Shown: positions 1 to 4,259 of the stretch, in pieces
How positions within the stretch are numbered: position 1 is the first letter of the stretch
How the letters are laid out: each line of letters begins with the position of its first letter
DNA from: a virus
Virus record (IMG/VR): IMGVR_UViG_3300010313_000001
Reading direction: 5' to 3' (one strand)
DNA: 7,719 nucleotides
Translations under genes and position numbers: made by a program
Notes under the pieces: model-generated
Databases searched by the model: none
Seen by the model: the letters and a program-made list of their open reading frames with translations, nothing else
What the model was told of the DNA's origin: nothing

Positions 1-123
1 GGCGCCGGTCAGAACGGAAGCATCCATCGTGAATCTCCTATTTCAGTCTTCATCAAGGGTTTGTGTAGCGGCACGGCTGTTGATGAAGTTAACAACCGCA
101 CCGAGTCCCCAGCTGGTAAGCCA
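1..123. repeat. Terminal redundancy, copy A (identical to 7597..7719)
   Basis: Base-by-base comparison by eye shows 123/123 identity with the last 123 nt of the window. It contains the first 9 codons of the coat gene (1..27, minus strand) and the 3' end of the 91-aa ORF. Confidence 0.95.
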
Positions 124-318
124 GAGGATTACGGGAAGGCTCAGGCCAGCCATGAAAGCGGCCTGGACGCTATCGGGATCAGGGAGCGCAAACAGGGTGG
201 CCAGTGTGGGAACGCTGGCGTATTCCTGGGCGCTCATGAGGGCGTAGCCCGCACAGTCGGCCGTGTACTCGCCAACGACGCGCAAGGCGGTGCCGTCGAG
301 GACTACGCAAATGGCCAT
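43..318 (-). CDS. Hypothetical small membrane protein (91 aa), candidate minor virion or assembly protein
   Basis: It is in the ORF track. The ATG at 318 overlaps the TGA of the upstream 29-aa ORF (TGATG). There is a C-terminal hydrophobic helix, AAFMAGLSLPVILWLTSWGLGAVVNFI. It sits directly upstream of the coat gene, where Pf-type phages carry a small membrane ORF. I recognise no family. Confidence 0.6.
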   Translation of the reverse strand: MAICVVLDGTALRVVGEYTADCAGYALMSAQEYASVPTLATLFALPDPDSVQAAFMAGLSLPVILWLTSWGLGAVVNFINSRAATQTLDED

Positions 319-407
319 CAGAGGGCAGCCGCCAGGGCGAAGTCAGCGAAGGCCCACACATAGCCCGTTGCAAGGCCTACGGTGAACATCGAGAGGTAGC
401 GAAGCAT
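318..407 (-). CDS. 29-aa hydrophobic peptide (pVII/pIX-like or PfsE-like position)
   Basis: It is below the ORF-track size cut-off. Hand translation of the minus strand from ATG 407 gives MLRYLSMFTVGLATGYVWAFADFALAAAL followed by a stop. GGAGG lies 8 nt upstream. The stop overlaps the next start (TGATG). It lies between the ssDNA-binding gene and the coat block. Confidence 0.6.
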   Translation of the reverse strand: MLRYLSMFTVGLATGYVWAFADFALAAAL

Positions 408-422
408 GGCGGCGCCCTCCCC

Positions 423-707
423 TTAGCTAGCCTGGCGAGCGACGGAAGCGGCCACGGGCACCAGGCGCGGGCGCATTTGCAGATCGTCGTAACGACCGAC
501 AAAGAAGCTGTTGTCGCCGAGCTGGTACTTGCCTGGCTGATACGGCTGAGCGTCGTCTTCCAGGGTGATCTTGATCGGCTGGGGGTACTTGTTCGGCGGG
601 ATGTGGACATAGCCGGTTTGCTCGCGAATCTGGTACGGCTTGCCGGTGCGAGCGGAGTTGCCAGACTTGATATTCAGCTCGGTCGATTCGATTTCAATGG
701 TCAGCAT
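423..707 (-). CDS. ssDNA-binding protein (gene V type), 94 aa
   Basis: AGGAG lies 9 nt upstream of ATG 707. Size and position fit. The pattern SGNSARTGKPYQIREQTGYVHIP...PGKYQL resembles, from memory, the 78-aa Pf3 ssDNA-binding protein (..GTSAKGNPYTFQEGFLHL..AGSYQV..). Confidence 0.8.
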   Translation of the reverse strand: MLTIEIESTELNIKSGNSARTGKPYQIREQTGYVHIPPNKYPQPIKITLEDDAQPYQPGKYQLGDNSFFVGRYDDLQMRPRLVPVAASVARQAS

Positions 708-728
708 TTCATCGTGCTCCTACAGGGG

Positions 729-965
729 TCAGTAGCCAAAAACGTCGCCCAGGAAGGGCGCGCCACGGCTTTCGGATTCAAAGCGGAACTTGTTCGGGTT
801 CTCGCCTTGCTTGCCCTCATCCCGCAGCTTGTCAGCGGCGGCAAAGCCGTCGTCGACCATCTGCATGAGGCTCGGGTTAGGGGTGGCCTTGTAACGGCGC
901 TGGAGGTCCAGGCGGCGACGCTCAGAGGCTGAAAGCTGGGTGCCCTGGAGGCTGACGGTTTTCAA
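729..965 (-). CDS. Hypothetical protein, 78 aa
   Basis: The ORF-track ORF starts at TTG 965. AGGAGG lies 4 nt upstream, and the start overlaps the upstream stop (TTGA). The next in-frame ATG is 33 codons downstream. The N-terminus is basic (SASERRRLDLQRRYK). I recognise no family. Confidence 0.55.
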   Translation of the reverse strand: MKTVSLQGTQLSASERRRLDLQRRYKATPNPSLMQMVDDGFAAADKLRDEGKQGENPNKFRFESESRGAPFLGDVFGY

Positions 966-1135
966 GAGGCCTCCTGCTGGGTCTGGCCAGGTTGAGAATC
1001 AGAATGTTCGTCGCTAAAGCGCTCGATGCATTCACGGCAAAGAAAGACCTCTTCACCGTCGAATGGCGAGGCGGTCAAAAGGAGAACGCCGAACTGGTTG
1101 CAGCAAGCGCAGACAGATTCAGCAGTCCAGGTCAT
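962..1135 (-). CDS. Small Cys4 zinc-ribbon-like protein, 57 aa, translationally coupled to rep
   Basis: ATG 1135 overlaps the rep stop (ATGA). The protein is MTWTAESVCACCNQFGVLLLTASPFDGEEVFLCRECIERFSDEHSDSQPGQTQQEAS, with Cys pairs C9/C12 and C33/C36 and an acidic tail. The 98-aa ORF-track version would overlap rep by 126 nt and is Pro/Arg/Cys-rich junk at its N-terminus. Confidence 0.55.
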   Translation of the reverse strand: MTWTAESVCACCNQFGVLLLTASPFDGEEVFLCRECIERFSDEHSDSQPGQTQQEAS

Positions 1136-2430
1136 GCGGCCACCAGTTGAAGATGGCCGGCAGGACGGCGGTAGAAGGACGGCATTGGCAGCACATCGAC
1201 CGGGATAACGTCGCGGCTGGCAACGTGGACGACAGGCGTAAAGCGGCTGGTGTCGCAAGGGTTGGCAATGTCGATGCCGATCTGACGCAGACGGGCGCGC
1301 ATGATCTTGACCTGAGACTTACCCAGGTCGAAGGATTTGCCACCCATCCACGCCAGGGCGTACTGGGCTGTAGTGTTTGCGGCCTTGGTGTTATCAACAA
1401 CGCCTTGGGTTACCAGATGCTCACTAATCGTCTCAAAATCCATCGCCGTCACCGTCAATCGTTCGTCTATCGCCAGGAACTCCCCGTGCACCTTCTTCAG
1501 GCGCTCCTCATCAAACAAACCCCACCAGGCGAGGCCTTCGCGCAGCAGGTATTCACGCTTCAATTCCTGCTCCATACGAACCACACCGTGAGCCTTGCAG
1601 TAGGCGATCAAGTCGCGCAGGTACTGGGCTTCAGTGGATTCATCGCCGAAGTTGCGGCGGGCCTTGGGTAGCAGGAACTTGGCGATCGCCGTCGCCTTGT
1701 CGTATGCCTTGCGGTACTGATCGCGGGCTTGCCAGTCCACGGTGCAGCCATCGGCATAGAGATTTGCTAGCTTGTAACCGGCGCGCTGGGTGCTCAGCGC
1801 CTTGATGTACTGGAGGGCGTTACCCTCCCCCGTTGTCCTGTTCGTGGTCAGGTCGATACGGGTGATACGCATGCCGTCACCCACCTGAACATGCTTATGG
1901 GTGGTCTCTACAGTGCGGGTCCAGCCGGTCTTATCCAGCTCGCCTGGCTCAGAGTCGAAGGCAAGATCGAGCTTTTCATCGAGCGTCAGTTCGCGGGTTG
2001 GAGCCGAGCGGTTGACGACCCTGGAAACAGGGGCTTGCATGAAATCCAGCCGGGTGCACTTCACGAGAGGCGGAATGCCGTACTCGGCAAGAATGCGGTT
2101 GTAGACGGCGACACACTGATCGATGGTCTGATAACCGAAGAGGTTGTCGAGCCGGTCAACGGCGCTCGGGTTGCCCTGGATGGTGAGCTTGCGGCCGTCG
2201 ACACGGATCTTGATCGAGGTCGAGTGAGAGCCTTCGTGCGTCCAGCCTGGCTGGGTGCGGCTGAGGCTTTCACCGGTGCGGGTGCAATAACGCTCGATTG
2301 TCACATCGGCCACCTTGGGCAAGTCGTGCGGGTACACCTGCTCTACCGATAGGTAGTCGATGAACATCGCAGAGCGAGGGGCGGTCGAAGGAGACATCGG
2401 CGTCCGATCCATAAGACAGATACGACGCAT
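1132..2430 (-). CDS. Rolling-circle replication initiation protein (gpII / Phage_CRI-like)
   Basis: This is the largest ORF in the GC-rich half. Motifs IKIRVDGRKLTIQGNPS..NLFG, ITRIDLTTN and YRKAYDK (candidate catalytic Tyr) match what I recall of Ff gpII-family proteins. It is divergent from the repressor. The first ATG (2430) lies inside the predicted -10 box, so the real start is probably 2412, 2397 or 2367. The last gives MFIDYLSV..., compare MIDML.. of Ff gpII. Confidence 0.85.
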   Translation of the reverse strand: MRRICLMDRTPMSPSTAPRSAMFIDYLSVEQVYPHDLPKVADVTIERYCTRTGESLSRTQPGWTHEGSHSTSIKIRVDGRKLTIQGNPSAVDRLDNLFGYQTIDQCVAVYNRILAEYGIPPLVKCTRLDFMQAPVSRVVNRSAPTRELTLDEKLDLAFDSEPGELDKTGWTRTVETTHKHVQVGDGMRITRIDLTTNRTTGEGNALQYIKALSTQRAGYKLANLYADGCTVDWQARDQYRKAYDKATAIAKFLLPKARRNFGDESTEAQYLRDLIAYCKAHGVVRMEQELKREYLLREGLAWWGLFDEERLKKVHGEFLAIDERLTVTAMDFETISEHLVTQGVVDNTKAANTTAQYALAWMGGKSFDLGKSQVKIMRARLRQIGIDIANPCDTSRFTPVVHVASRDVIPVDVLPMPSFYRRPAGHLQLVAA

Positions 2431-2456
2431 AGTAGAGACGAATTTGTCCTAGTCAA
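2429..2456 (-). promoter_or_regulatory. Sigma70-like promoter for rep and the minus-strand operon
   Basis: The minus strand reads TTGACT (2456..2451), a 16-nt spacer, then TACTAT (2434..2429). That is 5/6 and 4/6 matches to consensus, directly upstream of rep. Confidence 0.6.
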
Positions 2457-2468
2457 GACGTATTTGTC
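2431..2468. promoter_or_regulatory. Two operator-like direct repeats (AGTnnAGACGwATTTGTC) 20 bp apart
   Basis: 2431..2448 AGTAGAGACGAATTTGTC and 2451..2468 AGTCAAGACGTATTTGTC match at 15/18. Each contains a near-palindrome GAC-N6-GTC. The first fills the -35/-10 spacer of the rep promoter. The second overlaps and lies just upstream of the -35. Confidence 0.5.
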
Positions 2469-2508
2469 AGATAGTGGCGATCTGATGCGACGAGAAAGGA
2501 GTAAAACC

Positions 2509-2889
2509 GTGGTGAAATTGGTACATGAAAGTCCCAAGGAACAGACCTCAATGACCCTCGGTGAAAACCTGAAGCGCATACGCGAGCAAGCTGGACTGTC
2601 GCAAGGACAGCTAGCGGTGCTGGCGAACCTAAACCTGAAAATGGTTCAGAGGATCGAGGCCGGGGACGGGGACACCGGCATATCCAAAGTCAAGGCGCTG
2701 ATAATCGCGCTGGGGTGCACAGCGGACGAGCTGCTGTTCGACGAGGAAGAGCTAGGAGAGGACGGCGACCTAAAGATACTTTTCGAGCAGATGAGGAAGC
2801 TGGAAGGCCAAGAGCGTCAGACATGCAAGGAAGTGATACGAGCGCTGATCATGCAGCACCAAAACAGGGAGCTGCTGAAGCATGCCTAG
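2509..2889 (+). CDS. XRE/Cro-CI family HTH repressor (126 aa from GTG 2509; alternative ATG 2551)
   Basis: The HTH signature is LGENLKRIREQAGLSQGQLAVLANLNLKMVQRIEAG. AAGGAG (2496..2501) lies 7 nt upstream of the in-frame GTG 2509. It is divergent from rep, as rstR/rstA is in CTXphi and the c-repressor is in Pf phages. Confidence 0.8.
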   Translation: MVKLVHESPKEQTSMTLGENLKRIREQAGLSQGQLAVLANLNLKMVQRIEAGDGDTGISKVKALIIALGCTADELLFDEEELGEDGDLKILFEQMRKLEGQERQTCKEVIRALIMQHQNRELLKHA

Positions 2890-3091
2890 CGGAATGGCCT
2901 GGACGCTAATCCTCAAGCTATATGTGATGAACGTAGAAACAGAGGCGGAACGGATGACGCAAGTCATTGAAATAAAAGGATTTTCAAGTAAGTCAGACTG
3001 CGAGAAAGCAGGCGAAGCAGCCGGCGAAATATTCACGACCAGGACAGGCCCGAGAAACGGGCTAATGATCGACTGCAAGCAAGCCAGCTAG
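2882..3091 (+). CDS. Small hypothetical protein (69 aa from ATG 2882, or 45 aa from ATG 2954)
   Basis: ATG 2882 overlaps the repressor stop (ATGCCTAG). The in-frame ATG 2954 has GAGG 8 nt upstream. It is clearly AT-richer than the repressor gene. I recognise no family. Confidence 0.4.
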   Translation: MPSGMAWTLILKLYVMNVETEAERMTQVIEIKGFSSKSDCEKAGEAAGEIFTTRTGPRNGLMIDCKQAS

Positions 3092-3133
3092 TATGGGATT
3101 CCATACCAAATTGGGGGTGTTACAGCACCCCCA
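3091..3133. other. Two adjacent stem-loops after the repressor operon
   Basis: GTATGG-gatt-CCATAC (3091..3106) and TGGGGGTG-ttacag-CACCCCCA (3112..3133). No U-run follows on the plus strand, so they are not a canonical intrinsic terminator. They could be a weak terminator or an ssDNA structure such as an origin or packaging signal. Confidence 0.35.
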
Positions 3134-3313
3134 CCCTCCCGGCGCCGATCCAGGCGCAGACAAAGGCATGGCTTCGCCACTGGCCGCTACGCGCCCATCG
3201 CAAATGTGCGGGTGTTCCTCACGCGCTTGAACGAGCACGCCAACTAGAGCGAAAAGCGGGTTGGACAGTGAGGGGGTCGGCCTTGCGGTCGAGACCCTGA
3301 CGGAAATCGAGTC

Positions 3314-3403
3314 GATTTATCGTTACGCGCAAGGCGTTACGGATATTCCGACGAACGGTTGATTTATCGTTACGTAACGGTGGTCTATTTATCGTTACGT
3401 AAC
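3314..3403 (+). repeat. Iteron cluster: three copies of ATTTATCGTTACG, two of them extended to ATTTATCGTTACGTAAC
   Basis: The 13-mer occurs at 3315..3327, 3362..3374 and 3387..3399. The 17-mer occurs at 3362..3378 and 3387..3403. They contain the palindromes CGTTACGTAACG (3368..3379) and GTTACGTAAC (3394..3403). An extra CGTTACG lies at 3335..3341, and a 15-bp palindrome AAATCGAgTCGATTT at 3304..3318. Confidence 0.85.
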
Positions 3404-3409
3404 TATAAT
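3381..3409 (+). promoter_or_regulatory. Candidate promoter with perfect -10 TATAAT (3404..3409) for the coiled-coil gene
   Basis: TATAAT ends 6 nt before ATG 3416. The -35 position (3381..3386, TGGTCT) is poor and lies between the two palindromes. The second palindrome abuts the -10. Confidence 0.45.
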
Positions 3410-3415
3410 TACTCC

Positions 3416-3976
3416 ATGGCGCAACGCACTGGAGCAATGACCGTGATCGACCCTCGAGACCCAGGAACCCAACAGCTGCAGCTGGAGCAGAAACGCAGTC
3501 GCGGCCGTCCAGCAACTGGGCAGGCGCTCAGCAATGCCGAGCGTCAGCGCCGGTATCGTGAAGCGCAAAAAGCGCAACGTAACGAAAATATGCACAAGGA
3601 AGTTGCCGAGGATCTGCGCGCCGAGCTGGCGAAAGCCCTGGAAGAGATTGAATGCCTGAAAGCAAAGTTAAGAGCCGAATTCACGCTAGGGGAAAAGGCC
3701 AGGTCAGAAAACAAAAATCTAGCGCTAAAGGTCGCTCAGCTTGAAACGCAATTAAAGCAACGTAACGAAAAACAAGCTGACCAAGATGAGCAAGAAACGT
3801 GCTGGAGGATCCAAAAACGCAAAAGCAGCAAGGGGCGATGGACGACAGTGAAAGGTAGCTACAGGTCTGAGAGCGAAGCACATGAAGCGCTGCTCGAAAT
3901 GCCGCAAGAGCACCCGGTTGGAACAGCCTGGTACAGGGTTTTAGAGATCAAGAATGCTGCGGCAGGCGAGCTGTAA
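3416..3976 (+). CDS. Basic-region plus coiled-coil DNA-binding-like protein, 186 aa (AT-hook core RGRP; bZIP-like N-x7-R motif)
   Basis: The ORF track gives a 205-aa frame from TTG 3359, but that start lies within the iterons, so ATG 3416 (or 3437) is more plausible. The protein has KRSRGRPATGQALSNAERQRRYREAQK, then heptad-patterned helices (about aa 60-120), then a C-terminal Trp/Tyr-containing domain. I cannot name a family. Confidence 0.6.
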   Translation: MAQRTGAMTVIDPRDPGTQQLQLEQKRSRGRPATGQALSNAERQRRYREAQKAQRNENMHKEVAEDLRAELAKALEEIECLKAKLRAEFTLGEKARSENKNLALKVAQLETQLKQRNEKQADQDEQETCWRIQKRKSSKGRWTTVKGSYRSESEAHEALLEMPQEHPVGTAWYRVLEIKNAAAGEL

Positions 3977-4168
3977 GGCATCAATGCGGGCGTCAAGCTG
4001 GGCGCCCTCCTCATCAAGCTGCGATAACCGGCGGCGCACCTGGCGAAGCTCTCCGACAAGCCGGCCATAGTCCTCAAGCACATGCTCGACAGCGCCCTGA
4101 TCATCGCGACCAGGAGCATAGAGCCGCGCGTTACGTAACAGATATTCGGGGAGGTCTAGGACTGGCAT
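3941..4168 (-). CDS. Hypothetical protein, 75 aa, convergent with and overlapping the coiled-coil gene
   Basis: It is in the ORF track. Codon usage is plausible for a GC-rich gene and the C-terminus is helical and charged. There is no obvious Shine-Dalgarno sequence before ATG 4168. It overlaps 3416..3976 by 36 nt at the 3' ends. Confidence 0.4.
   Translation of the reverse strand: MPVLDLPEYLLRNARLYAPGRDDQGAVEHVLEDYGRLVGELRQVRRRLSQLDEEGAQLDARIDALQLACRSILDL
4130..4139. promoter_or_regulatory. Third copy of the palindrome GTTACGTAAC
   Basis: This is an exact 10-bp palindrome, identical to those at 3369..3378 and 3394..3403. It lies in codons 10-13 of the 75-aa ORF, 25 bp from dif-like site 1. 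Confidence 0.6.
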
Positions 4169-4192
4169 CGCATAATGGACGTTACATTAAAT
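4165..4192 (+). other. dif-like XerC/XerD site 1 (candidate attP arm)
   Basis: GCATCGCATAA-TGGACG-TTACATTAAAT compared with E. coli dif GGTGCGCATAA-TGTATA-TTATGTTAAAT matches 8/11 in the XerC arm and 9/11 in the XerD arm. Confidence 0.55.
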
Positions 4193-4226
4193 CGCGCCGG
4201 GAGCTTACCAGCATTGTCCCGACACG

Positions 4227-4259
4227 ATTAAACGTAACATCACGGATATTATGCGAAGC
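4227..4259 (-). other. dif-like XerC/XerD site 2, inverted relative to site 1 (candidate attP arm)
   Basis: The minus strand reads GCTTCGCATAA-TATCCGTGATG-TTACGTTTAAT. The XerC arm matches 9/11 and the XerD arm 9/11, with an 11-nt central region. Alternatively, a 6-nt central region gives a TGATGTTACGT arm matching 8/11. Confidence 0.5.

Noticed and set aside
1-123. The terminal direct repeat interpreted as att sites, LTR-like ends or tandem prophage junctions.
   Set aside because: The repeat sits exactly at the two window ends, cuts a gene in half, and restores an intact coat gene when joined. A circular molecule written linearly with overlap explains this. A tandem copy cannot be excluded from sequence alone.
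1132-1443. A gene-X-like in-frame internal start in rep (Met of ..TAMDFETISEHL.., giving a product of about 103 aa).
   Set aside because: Only a weak GGTGA motif lies 5 nt upstream. The idea rests on analogy with Ff gene II/X alone, so it is not reported as a feature.
477-2352. Long plus-strand ORFs antisense to the minus-strand genes: 477..932 (151 aa), 1063..1671 (202 aa), 1891..2352 (153 aa) and others.
   Set aside because: They lie wholly inside well-supported minus-strand genes (ssb, the 78-aa ORF, rep). They are Arg/Ala/Gly/Val-rich, as expected for shadow frames in GC-rich DNA, and they lack start-site signals.
2428-2430. The first ATG of the 432-aa rep ORF as the true start codon.
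   Set aside because: It overlaps the predicted -10 hexamer (TACTAT-G), so it should lie upstream of the transcription start, and it has no RBS. Downstream Met codons at 2412, 2397 or 2367 are more likely.
2770-3078. Minus-strand 102-aa ORF opposite the repressor 3' end and the 69-aa ORF.
   Set aside because: It overlaps the confident XRE gene by about 120 nt on the opposite strand. It has no upstream promoter or RBS signal and would break the simple two-operon architecture.
3314-3403. The iteron cluster as a possible mini-CRISPR array.
   Set aside because: There are only three short (13-17 nt) repeats with unequal spacing (47 and 25 bp). The repeats carry palindromic operator-like cores next to a promoter, and no cas genes are present.
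3219-3515. Minus-strand 98-aa ORF spanning the iterons and the start of the coiled-coil gene.
   Set aside because: It runs through the repeat and palindrome cluster and the TATAAT box. Its sequence is dictated by the repeats, so it is more parsimonious to treat the region as regulatory DNA.
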